NCBI GenBank assembly: GCA_015661005.1
Contig: JACTTX010000002.1
Location: 856 to 64,855, forward strand
Source: Candidatus Magasanikiibacteriota bacterium
GTDB taxonomy: Bacteria > Patescibacteriota > Patescibacteriia > Magasanikbacterales > JACTTX01
Direction: 5' to 3'
DNA: 64,000 nucleotides
Of the stretch, positions 20,913 to 30,462 are shown one piece after another. The first letter of the stretch is position 1, and each line of letters begins with the position of its first letter. The position numbers were made by a program, and so were the translations under genes. A model generated the notes under the pieces. It did not search any database, was not told the origin of the DNA, and saw nothing but the letters and a program-made list of their open reading frames with translations.

Positions 20913-21251
20913 TTAAAATTTTTCTAATAATTTACCGTCGGCTTCCAGTTGGTCTTTCAGGGCTTTTCTTAAAGCATCATAAGCCACAAGAATTTTAGGA
21001 TTGGCGAGGGAATAGAGAATAGCGACGCCATCCCGCCGAGTTTTAACGATGTTTTGCTGACGCATTAAGCTCAGGTGTTGGGAAACATTGGCTTTCATAA
21101 TACCAAGCTTTTCAGCCATTTTAGAAACGCCCATTTCTTTTTCATCACGAAGCAAATCAATGATCTCGAGTCTCTTGGGATGAGAGAGCGTTTTACGTAC
21201 CTCGGCGTGAAGCTCAAAAATTCTTTTGTCCAGATGGTTTTTATCAGTCAT
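20913..21251 (-). CDS. ArsR/SmtB family transcriptional regulator
   Basis: LSHPKRLEII.LL, ANVSQHL..MR...IV..RRDG...YSL. Confidence 0.9.
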   Translation of the reverse strand: MTDKNHLDKRIFELHAEVRKTLSHPKRLEIIDLLRDEKEMGVSKMAEKLGIMKANVSQHLSLMRQQNIVKTRRDGVAILYSLANPKILVAYDALRKALKDQLEADGKLLEKF

Positions 21252-21302
21252 AATTATCTATTTGCAGAGTTTCGCATATATGATATATTGTAAGTATATG
21301 AA

Positions 21303-21461
21303 ATAAAATGCCAACCAAGTTTATCCTGCCAATGAATAATATTTTGCCAATCAATATAAACATTCGACGTTTTATTAAAAATATCTTCAAGTTCTTTGAT
21401 GACCCATGGAAACAACTCTGCCAATCTTTCAATTCTTTTTGTCTTTGGAACAAACTTACAT
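21303..21461 (-). pseudogene. Truncated NYN-domain gene (5' fragment)
   Basis: ATG-T-AAG frameshifted start, then KFVPKTKRIERLAELFPWVIKELEDIFNKTSNVYIDWQNIIHWQDKLGWHF; VYIDWQNI..W..KLGW aligns with VVVDFGNV..W..NLGW of the NYN at 17550-18161. Confidence 0.7.
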
Positions 21462-21540
21462 CTAAAACGCGAACATTATAGCCCGCGCACCTTTTTTTGC
21501 AAACAATTTTTTGCCAATCGCCCCGAATGTAAATCGCGCC

Positions 21541-23619
21541 TTATTTTTTCTTTCCTTCAATCACTTGCTGGGCAACATTGTTGGGCACTTCGGCGTAATG
21601 AGAAAATTCCATGGAGTATGAACCGCGGCCTTGAGTGGCGCTCCGCAATTCCGTGGCGTAACCGAACATTTCGGCCAGTGGCACCTGTGCGTCCACCACT
21701 TTAATGCCAACGCGATCGCGCATTTCCTGAATTTGTCCGCGTTTGGAATTCAAATTGCCAATAACGTCTCCCATAAATTGTTCCGGGATCAAAACTTCCA
21801 CTTTCATCATTGGCTCCAGCAATACCAAACCGGCGCGCTTGGCGCCCTCCTGAAAAGCCATGGAACCGGCAATTTTAAAAGCCGCTTCCGAGGAGTCCAC
21901 CTCATGATACGTTCCGTCATAAACGGCAACGCGAGCGTCAACCAAAGGATAGCCGGCCAAAACGCCTTTTTCCATTGCTTCTTTGATGCCTTTTTGAATG
22001 GCCGGAATATATTCGCGCGGAATGGCGCCGCCTTTGATCTCATCAACAAATTCAAAACCTGTTCCGCGCGCCATTGATTCCACGCGCAACCAGCAATGCC
22101 CGTACTGTCCGCGGCCGCCGGACTGTTTGATGTACTTCCCTTCCGCTTCCGCCGTCCCCTTGACGGTTTCTTTATACGCCACCTGCGGCGTGCCGACATT
22201 GGCTTCCACTTTGAATTCCCGTTTCATCCGGTCAACAATAATATCCAAATGCAACTCACCCATGCCGGAAATAATTGTTTGCAAGGTCTCTTCATCTGAA
22301 CGCACGCGGAAAGTGGGGTCTTCTTCCGCCAATTTGGAAAGAGCCATGCCCATCTTTTCCTGATCCTGTTTAGTTTTCGGTTCAATCGCCAGAGAAATAA
22401 CCGGCTCCGGAAACTTTATCTCTTCCAAAATAACACGATGGTCTTCATCCGAAAGAGTGTGGCCGGTGGCCGTATTTTTCAAACCAACGGCGGCCGCGAT
22501 TTCTCCGGCGTAAACATCCGTCACATCTTCCCGCGTGTTGGCGTGAAGCCGCACGATGCGCCCGATCCGTTCCTTTTCACCATTGGTGGTGTTCAAAACG
22601 TAAGATCCAGCGGAAAGATGTCCGGCGTAGACGCGAAAAAAAGTCAGTTTGCCGACAAAAGGATCCGAGGCCACTTTGAAAGCCAAGGCCGTGAACGGCT
22701 CATCGTCCGAAGCCGGACGCGCCACCACTTTTGTTTTGTCCTTGGGATCAAAAGCCAAAGTGGGAGGAATGTCCAAGGGCGAGGGCAAATAATCCTTGAC
22801 CGCGTCTAACATAAATTGCACCCCTTTATTTTTAAGGGCGCTACCACAGAGCACCGGTACAATTTCAAAGGCGCAAACGGCCTTGCGCAAAACGCGCTTG
22901 AGTTCTTCAAGTATTGGTTCGGTCCCGGCCAAATACTGATTCATCAATACCTCGTCATTCTCCACAATTTTTTCAATCAATCGCGCCCGATATTCTTCAA
23001 CCTTTTCTTTCATATCCGCCGGAACGTCTTCTTCTCTAATGTCTTTGCCCAAATCGTCCAAATAAATGTAGGCCTTGCGGGTCAGCAAATCCACGATTCC
23101 GCGAAAATTGGCTTCGGTGCCAATGGGGAGCTGTAAAGGATAAGCGTTTTTGGTCAAACGATCATGAATGGAAGCCAGATCAGTGTAAAAATCCGCGCCG
23201 GTGCGATCCAATTTATTGATAAAGCAAAGACGGGGAACTTTATAATCATCGGCGTAATGCCAGTTGGTTTCCGATTGCGGCTCAACGCCGGCCACGCCGT
23301 CAAAAATCACGCAAGCGCCGTCCAGCACGCGCAAAGAACGTTTCACTTCCACGGTAAAATCAATATGCCCGGGGGTGTCAATCAAATTAATGCGAATGCC
23401 TTTCCAAAAACAAGTGGTGGCCGCGGCCGTGATGGTGATGCCGCGCTCGCGCTCCTGTTCCATCCAGTCCATGGTGGCTTCCCCTTCATGGACTTCACCG
23501 ATTTTATGTTTCTTACCGGTATAAAATAAAATACGCTCGGAGACCGTGGTCTTGCCGGCGTCAATATGCGCGATGATGCCGATGTTCCTAGTGTTTTCCA
23601 ATGAATATTCTCTGGGCAT
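21541..23619 (-). CDS. fusA: Elongation factor G
   Basis: [42 protein letters not shown]. Confidence 0.99.
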   Translation of the reverse strand: MPREYSLENTRNIGIIAHIDAGKTTVSERILFYTGKKHKIGEVHEGEATMDWMEQERERGITITAAATTCFWKGIRINLIDTPGHIDFTVEVKRSLRVLDGACVIFDGVAGVEPQSETNWHYADDYKVPRLCFINKLDRTGADFYTDLASIHDRLTKNAYPLQLPIGTEANFRGIVDLLTRKAYIYLDDLGKDIREEDVPADMKEKVEEYRARLIEKIVENDEVLMNQYLAGTEPILEELKRVLRKAVCAFEIVPVLCGSALKNKGVQFMLDAVKDYLPSPLDIPPTLAFDPKDKTKVVARPASDDEPFTALAFKVASDPFVGKLTFFRVYAGHLSAGSYVLNTTNGEKERIGRIVRLHANTREDVTDVYAGEIAAAVGLKNTATGHTLSDEDHRVILEEIKFPEPVISLAIEPKTKQDQEKMGMALSKLAEEDPTFRVRSDEETLQTIISGMGELHLDIIVDRMKREFKVEANVGTPQVAYKETVKGTAEAEGKYIKQSGGRGQYGHCWLRVESMARGTGFEFVDEIKGGAIPREYIPAIQKGIKEAMEKGVLAGYPLVDARVAVYDGTYHEVDSSEAAFKIAGSMAFQEGAKRAGLVLLEPMMKVEVLIPEQFMGDVIGNLNSKRGQIQEMRDRVGIKVVDAQVPLAEMFGYATELRSATQGRGSYSMEFSHYAEVPNNVAQQVIEGKKK

Positions 23620-23714
23620 AAATTGTCCCTCTGTCGAATTGTCCCTCTGTCGATCTGATGTCTGCTGTCTCTATCCATCTGTTTGCTGTCTAACTGTCGG
23701 CCGCTCCTCTGTCC

Positions 23715-24182
23715 TCACCGCGCAAAATGCGCAAAGGCCTTGTTGGCCTCCGCCATGCGGTGCACGTCATTGCGTTTTTTGACGGCGTCGCCTTCGCCGT
23801 TGGCGGCCATCAAAAGTTCTTCCGCCAATTTTTGCACCATTGGTTTTCCGTGCCGATTGGCGGCCGCGCGAATAATCCATTTGACGCCCAAAGCAAAACG
23901 GCGTTCGCCGCGCACCGGAATTGGCACCTGATAATTGGCGCCGCCCACGCGTCTTGATTTCACTTCCACGCTCGGCCCGACATTTTTCATGGCTTCTTCA
24001 AAAATTTCCACCGGTTCTTTTTTGGATTTTTCTTTGACAATTTCAAAAGCGCCGTACACAATTTTCTGGGCGACGGATTTCTTGCCGCGTTGCATCACAT
24101 AATTGATGAGCTTGGCAATATCCGTCCGTCGAAACTTGGGATCAGGATTGATTTCTCGTTTGGGGGCTTGTTTTCCTCTCAT
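23715..24182 (-). CDS. rpsG: 30S ribosomal protein S7
   Basis: [38 protein letters not shown]. Confidence 0.98.
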   Translation of the reverse strand: MRGKQAPKREINPDPKFRRTDIAKLINYVMQRGKKSVAQKIVYGAFEIVKEKSKKEPVEIFEEAMKNVGPSVEVKSRRVGGANYQVPIPVRGERRFALGVKWIIRAAANRHGKPMVQKLAEELLMAANGEGDAVKKRNDVHRMAEANKAFAHFAR

Positions 24183-24227
24183 ACCTTTATATTCGTATTA
24201 TTAGTGCCCATTCGCATATTAGTATCG

Positions 24228-24641
24228 TTACTTTTTCTTGGCACCGTAGAGTGAGCGGCTCCGTTTGCGGTTGGCCACTCCCTGCGTGTCATAAACGCCG
24301 CGCAGGATATGGTAACGAACGCCCGGCAAATCTTTGACGCGGCCGCCGCGGATCATCACAATGGAGTGCTCCTGCAGATTGTGGCCTTCGCCGGGAATGT
24401 AAGCCGTCACTTCCATGCCGTTGGATAATCTAACGCGCGCGATTTTACGTAAAGCCGAGTTTGGTTTCTTAGGCGTCATCGTGCGGACAACAGTGCAAAC
24501 CCCACGGCGAAAGGGAGCGCCTTTGGGAAAGTCCGTGCGGCGGCGGTGCAAAGAATCAAGCCCGACCTGCATGGCCGGCGCTTTGGACTTGTAATTGATT
24601 TTCTTGCGGCCATGGCGCAAAAGTTGTCGCATCGTGGGCAT
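24228..24641 (-). CDS. rpsL: 30S ribosomal protein S12
   Basis: [31 protein letters not shown]; start MPTMRQL at 24641. Confidence 0.98.
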   Translation of the reverse strand: MPTMRQLLRHGRKKINYKSKAPAMQVGLDSLHRRRTDFPKGAPFRRGVCTVVRTMTPKKPNSALRKIARVRLSNGMEVTAYIPGEGHNLQEHSIVMIRGGRVKDLPGVRYHILRGVYDTQGVANRKRSRSLYGAKKK

Positions 24642-24705
24642 ATAAAGGTATGGCGATAGTTTATAGGAAACAAAAAAAGGCGTCAATAGGCGAAACATTT
24701 GGGAG

Positions 24706-24920
24706 TCATCCCATAAATTCCTCTTTGGGAATCTTTGATTGTTTAACGATTGCGAGCAACGCCCCAATGTGGATCGGTTCGTTTTTCCCGTGTACGGGCG
24801 CCGACACCATTATTCCGGATTCTCCATGCCTATAGATCAGGGGCTTCCTCTGTGCCGCACGAGCATAAAACCGTTGCGCTCCAATACGACAACGAGTTTC
24901 TTAGCCGAAATTGGGCGCAT
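24706..24920 (-). pseudogene. hicA: HicA toxin, frameshifted
   Basis: MRPISAKKLVVVLERNGFMLVRHRGS / [44 protein letters not shown]; 1-nt deletion at about 24841. Confidence 0.85.
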
Positions 24921-25179
24921 ACAGAATCTTTGCCTTCTTTGGCGCTCGTGCCTCTACCTCGTCAATAATTGGACGCAAAGCATGAGCCGGAATCTCCGCG
25001 CCTGATTCAGCCAATTCTTCCAACCAAAGCTCAAGAACTTCATGCGCCATTTTTTTTGCTTCTTCAAAAGTTCTGCCAAAAGTTACGCAACCGGGCAGCG
25101 CCGGAAATGAAACGTTATACCCACCTTCTTCGGCCGGTTCAAAAACCGCAGGATATTGTAAAATTGTCTCTTTTTTCAT
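24901..25179 (-). CDS. hicB: HicB family antitoxin
   Basis: YPAVFEPAEEGGYNVSFPALPGCVTFG.TFEEA; start MKKET at 25179. Confidence 0.92.
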   Translation of the reverse strand: MKKETILQYPAVFEPAEEGGYNVSFPALPGCVTFGRTFEEAKKMAHEVLELWLEELAESGAEIPAHALRPIIDEVEARAPKKAKILYAPNFG

Positions 25180-25353
25180 ATATGCACAGTGTATAATGTT
25201 GCGCATAAAAAATCAAAAGACTTAGGCGATTTAACGCATGGTGTTTTTGCCGTGTGCGAAACTGGAAAAAATCTAATTTTATTTAGATTGCAATTTTTGT
25301 TGCAGATTTTTTAATTTTAGCGTACTATAATGACTAATTACTGAATTAACCAT

Positions 25354-26145
25354 GTGATAAAACCCTACTTCGATAAACCGAATTTCAAACTCTACCGCGC
25401 TAACAGCATTGACCTGCTGGCTGAACTCCCCGAGAACTCCGTGGATATGATTTTTGCCGACCCGCCCTATCTTCTATCAAACGGCGGTTTTACCGTTCAC
25501 GCCGGTAAAATGGTAAGTGTAAATAAAGGCGAATGGGATGTCAGCAATGGTCTAAAAAAAGATTTTGAATTTCAACTGACATGGATTGAAGCGTGCCGCC
25601 GAGTATTGAAACCTGGCGGCACCATTTGGATTAGTGGCACCTACCACTCAATTTACCAATGCGGCTTTGCGTTGCAGGTTAAACACTTTCATATTCTTAA
25701 TGATATTGCGTGGTTTAAACCAAATGCCTCGCCAAATTTAAGTTGCCGTTTTTTTACGGCTAGCCACGAGACACTTATTTGGGCTCGCAAAGAAAAGAAA
25801 GCCAAACACAAATTTAATTACGAGACAATGAAAAATGGCCATTGGCCAGATGATTTTTTGAAAAAACCCAATCTACAAATGCGCAGTGTGTGGGCTGTAT
25901 ATCCGCCAAAAAGTTCGGAAAAAATCCATGGGAAACATCCGACCCAAAAACCGATTGATTTACTCGTACGTATTATTATGGCCAGCACTGACAGAGGCGA
26001 TGTAATTTTAGATCCTTTTACCGGCTCATCAACGACAGGTTTAGCGGCTATGCTAAACGATCGAAAATTCATCGGGATTGATTTAGAAAAAAAATACCTG
26101 GACTTATCAATCAAACGTTACAACGACTTAAAAAAATTGATATGA
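25354..26145 (+). CDS. Amino-methyltransferase, beta class (DpnA/M2.DpnII-like)
   Basis: FADPPY.LSNGG...VSVNKGEWD, HPTQKP, LDPFTGSSTT (motif IV before motif I). Confidence 0.92.
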   Translation: MIKPYFDKPNFKLYRANSIDLLAELPENSVDMIFADPPYLLSNGGFTVHAGKMVSVNKGEWDVSNGLKKDFEFQLTWIEACRRVLKPGGTIWISGTYHSIYQCGFALQVKHFHILNDIAWFKPNASPNLSCRFFTASHETLIWARKEKKAKHKFNYETMKNGHWPDDFLKKPNLQMRSVWAVYPPKSSEKIHGKHPTQKPIDLLVRIIMASTDRGDVILDPFTGSSTTGLAAMLNDRKFIGIDLEKKYLDLSIKRYNDLKKLI

Positions 26146-26666
26146 AAAAACGCGGAAAAGGCGGGGCAAACACACAAACAGGATTAAGATTTGAAAGCAA
26201 AGTTGATTTTTTGACTTTTATAAAAAACCAAGAAAAGTACAGCGTCAAAGGCGCTGTTATTTTTTATGATGGCAAAAAGGTCGGTCTAACTTTTAAAAAA
26301 CACGGATTTTACAAATATCTGGGGGAGAAAGGAATTGATTACAAAGAAATAATTTCACAAAAATTGCTTCCGGATGACGCAATATTTGTTATTGCTAATA
26401 ACACCATGCACATTATTGAAATTAAATTCCAAGAAGGAAGCGGATCAACTGATGAAAAATTACAAACTTGCGATTTTAAAATAAAACAATACAGAAAATT
26501 GTTATCAAGATTGAATGCGGAGGTTAAATATATTTACATCTTGAACGAGTGGTTCAAAAAACCAGGGTACAAAGATGTATTGGACTACATCATCTCCGTT
26601 GAGGGTTGCGCCTACTATTTTAATTATCTGCCTTTGCAAAAAATTGGATTGCCAGTGCCAAAATAA
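26142..26666 (+). CDS. Putative type II restriction endonuclease, PD-(D/E)xK fold
   Basis: LLPDD...IIEIKFQ..SGSTDEKL; 4-nt overlap with the MTase gene. Confidence 0.75.
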   Translation: MKKRGKGGANTQTGLRFESKVDFLTFIKNQEKYSVKGAVIFYDGKKVGLTFKKHGFYKYLGEKGIDYKEIISQKLLPDDAIFVIANNTMHIIEIKFQEGSGSTDEKLQTCDFKIKQYRKLLSRLNAEVKYIYILNEWFKKPGYKDVLDYIISVEGCAYYFNYLPLQKIGLPVPK

Positions 26667-26675
26667 TGATGTTTT

Positions 26676-26757
26676 ATGAACGAAATTATTTACATTCCCA
26701 TTAACGAAGTAATGCCCGGATATGTGAAAATTGGCCGAACTTCGACAGACGTCCAAA
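26676..26757 (+). pseudogene. GIY-YIG (T5orf172-like) nuclease 5' fragment
   Basis: Manual translation MNEIIYIPINEVMPGYVKIGRTSTDVQ, then runs into the convergent gene. Confidence 0.65.
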
Positions 26758-27369
26758 TTATATCGGCAACGTTCCCCCGCCAACAAACAACTGAAACAAC
26801 CAATTAATGACCGGCCGCAGGGCCTCAAAGAAAAAGAAGATGAAAATGAAAAGCAAAATTATTCCGTAGCGCTCCAAAAAAAATTTAACATTGTCATAGC
26901 GTGGCGGCAAAAAAGCGTATAAAACTTTGGAGCCGTCCAAGGGCGGAATCGGCACTAAATTGAAAACGGCCAAGAGGACGTTCGCGTAGACAATAATCGC
27001 GAGCAAACCGGAAAAAGCCCCCAAAGGCAAAACACGAACAATCATTCCAAAAACCAAAGCCACCAATAGATTGGCGCCCGGCCCGGCCAAACCAACCAAA
27101 GCCGACCCCCATTGCTGATTTTTGAGATTATACGGATTGTAGGGCACGGGCTTGGCATAAGCAAAAACAAACGAGCCCTGCGAAATCAAAAATAAAAAGA
27201 GCGGCATTAAGATGGTGCCGTAAAGATCAATGTGCGCCAAAGGATTCAAGGTGAGCCGTCCGGCCAAACGCGCCGTTGGATCGCCCATGGAGTTGGCGGC
27301 TAAGCCGTGGGCGTATTCATGGAGAATCGCGGAGGGAATAATGATGAGAAAAAAGAAGAGAAGTTGCAT
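26758..27369 (-). CDS. Site-2 protease (M50) family protein
   Basis: HEYAH, GDPTA...GRLTLNP, AGP, FNLVPIPPLDG. Confidence 0.93.
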   Translation of the reverse strand: MQLLFFFLIIIPSAILHEYAHGLAANSMGDPTARLAGRLTLNPLAHIDLYGTILMPLFLFLISQGSFVFAYAKPVPYNPYNLKNQQWGSALVGLAGPGANLLVALVFGMIVRVLPLGAFSGLLAIIVYANVLLAVFNLVPIPPLDGSKVLYAFLPPRYDNVKFFLERYGIILLFIFIFFFFEALRPVINWLFQLFVGGGTLPI

Positions 27370-27432
27370 GCTTGCAGAATTTTTTGGAGAATGATACAAT
27401 CACTCTATCATAATTTTTCACGATTAACCAGT

Positions 27433-27609
27433 ATGGCAAAAATCTGCATTGCCTGCGGCCGCGGCCCGGTCATTGGCGCCTCGCGCAGTCACTCCAACAT
27501 CAAATCAAAAAAGTGGGTCTATCCAAATTTGCAATGGAAACGCGTTGATAATAAACGCGTGCGTCTTTGCACCAGTTGCATTAAGACAAAAATTAAAAAA
27601 GTCAGATAA
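27433..27609 (+). CDS. rpmB: 50S ribosomal protein L28
   Basis: MAKICIACGRG.....SRSHS......PNLQ.....CTSCIK. Confidence 0.93.
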   Translation: MAKICIACGRGPVIGASRSHSNIKSKKWVYPNLQWKRVDNKRVRLCTSCIKTKIKKVR

Positions 27610-27611
27610 GC

Positions 27612-27682
27612 AAAAAGGACAGCGCATTGCAAATAGCGTGTTCTTCAATCAAGAACGCCATTGGCAATGCGCTGTCCTTTTT
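27612..27682. repeat. Long imperfect palindrome, family A copy 1
   Basis: 19-bp perfect outer arms; core GCAAATAGCGTGTTCTTCAATCAAGAACG shared with 33804-33868; lies between convergent genes. Confidence 0.85.
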
Positions 27683-27700
27683 TGTCCCTTTGTCCATCTG

Positions 27701-28174
27701 TCACTCAAACCGAATTTCAATTTGATCCTTGTCTTTCATTTTATAATTTTCAAAGTCGCTGTTCGGCGCGCCGTTCACAAAAAATTTAACCGTGCCGTCC
27801 GACCCGTTGCACTGGTCAAAAATACAATCGCGATCAAACTTTTTTCCCCAGATGCCAAAAAATCGGCCGAGCTTAGTGTCACTTTCATGCACTGTGCCGC
27901 CGTATTCCAGATGAATAATGCCGTCGGCGGCATGGGTGTGTAGCGGACTTTCCACCGGCCCTAAACCCACTTCTTCCGGAATTTCTTGCGCTACACCTTT
28001 GATAGAGATGGCAAGATGCGGATGCCAGTGAATACCAGAACGAGAAATAATTTGATCCCCGCTCACAGTTGCTCCATTTTCTTGGGCGGCGTTTCCTTTA
28101 TGCGCCACCAGCCAACCAAAGCCGGCAATGACCGCAACGACGGCAATAATTTCCAAAATAATTTTCTTGTTCAT
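27701..28174 (-). CDS. Membrane-anchored His-motif hypothetical protein
   Basis: TM helix; HWHPH, HTH...GIIHLE motifs. Confidence 0.8.
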   Translation of the reverse strand: MNKKIILEIIAVVAVIAGFGWLVAHKGNAAQENGATVSGDQIISRSGIHWHPHLAISIKGVAQEIPEEVGLGPVESPLHTHAADGIIHLEYGGTVHESDTKLGRFFGIWGKKFDRDCIFDQCNGSDGTVKFFVNGAPNSDFENYKMKDKDQIEIRFE

Positions 28175-28176
28175 AG

Positions 28177-28785
28177 TTATTGGTGGTGAGAGTTATGTTC
28201 AGCGGCGGACATAGTGTTCGGCGCCAGTGGAACGGAAACGGCCGCTGTCCGCGCTGACGGCGTCGCGACGGTCATTTCTTTTTTCACTGTCGCGATCAAC
28301 CATTGATTATACACAAGCAAAACTATAATAACCGCGCCAACGGTTCTTGGCAACGTTAGCCAACGGCTTTGAAGAAGGATAGCGCCCAAAGAAAAAATTG
28401 CCGCGCCGTATCCAATCCCTTGAAACCAGAGACGCAGGCCGGTGATATCCGGCATCCACGGCAATGCCGCCAAGAGCAATCCGGCATTCAAGGTCAAAAG
28501 ATTTTTTGTGAGCGTCGTCCGGTGTCCGCGATAAGCCAAAAATCCCAGAAGCAAAAAAATTATACCAGCCACCCAAAAATATTTCTGATACGTTACGGCA
28601 AACATGAAGGGCAGAAAATTGAGCGTCAATCCAAGCGACGCCAAGACAGTTACAATCCCTAAACATACCGAATGACAAACCGACGGCGCACTGCCAAGCG
28701 AACTCAAAGCCGCGCAAAGAATCGACGAACGCTTGGCCGGCATTATAGCGGATGGTGTGGCGGGCATACTTTTTAACGCGCTCAA
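28177..28785 (-). CDS. Hypothetical membrane protein
   Basis: Multiple TM helices, CHSVC motif, His-rich tail. Confidence 0.75.
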   Translation of the reverse strand: MSALKSMPATPSAIMPAKRSSILCAALSSLGSAPSVCHSVCLGIVTVLASLGLTLNFLPFMFAVTYQKYFWVAGIIFLLLGFLAYRGHRTTLTKNLLTLNAGLLLAALPWMPDITGLRLWFQGIGYGAAIFSLGAILLQSRWLTLPRTVGAVIIVLLVYNQWLIATVKKEMTVATPSARTAAVSVPLAPNTMSAAEHNSHHQ

Positions 28786-28786
28786 A

Positions 28787-29125
28787 TTAACAGCCGCCGA
28801 CCATATCCGGCAGAGCGGCGTTGCTTCCCGCGGCGGCAGCCGGAGCGGCGGACGACGCGCCGCCGGTAGCCGCCTTCACGGTCAAAGCGCCGGCTTTGGA
28901 TTTCAAACTGTACAATTGCACCGTCTGAAAGATGGTGACAATCGCCAAAAGCGCCAAAACAATCACCTGCATGTTCAGTTTTGGAATGCTGATCGTTAAA
29001 GTGCGGGCGGCGCTTTGCGGCGCTGACGCATTTGGCGACGCGGCGGCAGGCGCGACTGGCGTGCCGGACGCGTTAGCCGCGGCTGGCGCTTGTCCCTCCG
29101 AAAACGCGTGATTAAAGTAGTCCAT
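28787..29125 (-). CDS. Hypothetical single-TM protein ending in MVGGC
   Basis: Ala-rich linkers, TM helix, C-terminal LPDMVGGC. Confidence 0.75.
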   Translation of the reverse strand: MDYFNHAFSEGQAPAAANASGTPVAPAAASPNASAPQSAARTLTISIPKLNMQVIVLALLAIVTIFQTVQLYSLKSKAGALTVKAATGGASSAAPAAAAGSNAALPDMVGGC

Positions 29126-29150
29126 AAGATTGAATTAAAGAATTAATAAA

Positions 29151-30461
29151 TTAAAGTTTGAAGCCGTGCATACCGTCGCTCCCCGCGCCGCCGTGATTGG
29201 CATGACCCAAAACATTTCCTCGTCCGGTGGCCAAAAGATAATCTTCAATCACGCCTTTCGGATACCAAACACCTTTCCAACGCTGAAGCTCGCCTAAAAT
29301 TTCCTCATCGGAATATTTATCGCCGTAATTTTTCAAGAGATATTTGGCAATGCTCCTCCATGCTTGGGCATGGCGACAGCCGCAATTGTTGATGTGAGTA
29401 ACGCGCGTCGGTCCGCCACAGCAATAATCGCAAGTCATCGTGCTGATAATTTTTTCAAAGCGCGATTCCAACGCGCCGTCCAAAGTGATTTGCGATTCAT
29501 ATGACTGCCAGCGTTCCAATGATCCCTCTCCGTCATCAAAAGAAATTCCTTCCGGCGCGTAAAAAGGGACGCCAGTTGGCACCATCACCACCCGCGCGTC
29601 CGCCACCGTGTCTCCGGTGTTGGGCTCGGCCGGAACTTCGGTGATGGTGGGCCACGAACCCAAGGTGGTGGTGCGCCCGTCCGGATTTAATTTGGTGGAA
29701 ATAATTTGTTTGGCGGCCGCCGCTGATGGTTTAAACAGATTCGCAATGGCGGACAACCCGGTTGTTTTTAAACCCATCGCCAACGCGGCTTGTCCAATCA
29801 TAAAGTGATTGAAAGTGAGAACGATGATCAACACGGCTGTCACCATACTTTCAATGGAGAAAATTTTAGGCAAAACTTCCGCCGGGCGCGACGTATTTTC
29901 TTCAGACGCATTTTCTTCCATTGCTTTGTCCGGAATTTCGCAGTCGGAACATTCGGCGTTCATGGCTGCCGCCGATTTTTTTGCCGAATACATTGTTGTG
30001 AAAGCCAAAAAACCAATGCTCGCGATTTTAAACTCCAATCCTTTCAACGGAAAAGCGGCTACACCACTCGCCACGCCGAGGAGTTGCAATAAAAATGCGC
30101 CGCAGATCGGGCAAGCGGAACCGAACGCGCCAAAAATCGCGCCGAAACTACCAACGCTCCCGATTTTTATTTTTCCCAATCGCGAATGCCGCCAATGCCA
30201 AGCCGTAAACGCGGCGGCCGCGCCGAACAGCAAAATCATTATGACGGTGAGCAAAATATAAGTGACGGCGTAAGCCACGCTGAAACGCCCGAAATCTCCC
30301 GTTTTAGTCATGCTGATAAACTGCCCGATAGTGGTAACTTGAAGAAACAGCCAATAATTCAGATACGCAAACCCCAAAGCGGCAACCAACGCCAACCAGC
30401 GGTAAAACCGCGTTTTGAAAACCAAACGGCCGAAAGAAATTGTTTGTTTCAACAAATTCAT
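29151..30461 (-). CDS. Membrane protein fused to Cys-rich soluble domain
   Basis: TM region with ACPICG; C-terminal CDYCCG...CGCRH. Confidence 0.8.
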   Translation of the reverse strand: MNLLKQTISFGRLVFKTRFYRWLALVAALGFAYLNYWLFLQVTTIGQFISMTKTGDFGRFSVAYAVTYILLTVIMILLFGAAAAFTAWHWRHSRLGKIKIGSVGSFGAIFGAFGSACPICGAFLLQLLGVASGVAAFPLKGLEFKIASIGFLAFTTMYSAKKSAAAMNAECSDCEIPDKAMEENASEENTSRPAEVLPKIFSIESMVTAVLIIVLTFNHFMIGQAALAMGLKTTGLSAIANLFKPSAAAAKQIISTKLNPDGRTTTLGSWPTITEVPAEPNTGDTVADARVVMVPTGVPFYAPEGISFDDGEGSLERWQSYESQITLDGALESRFEKIISTMTCDYCCGGPTRVTHINNCGCRHAQAWRSIAKYLLKNYGDKYSDEEILGELQRWKGVWYPKGVIEDYLLATGRGNVLGHANHGGAGSDGMHGFKL

Positions 30462-30462
30462 A

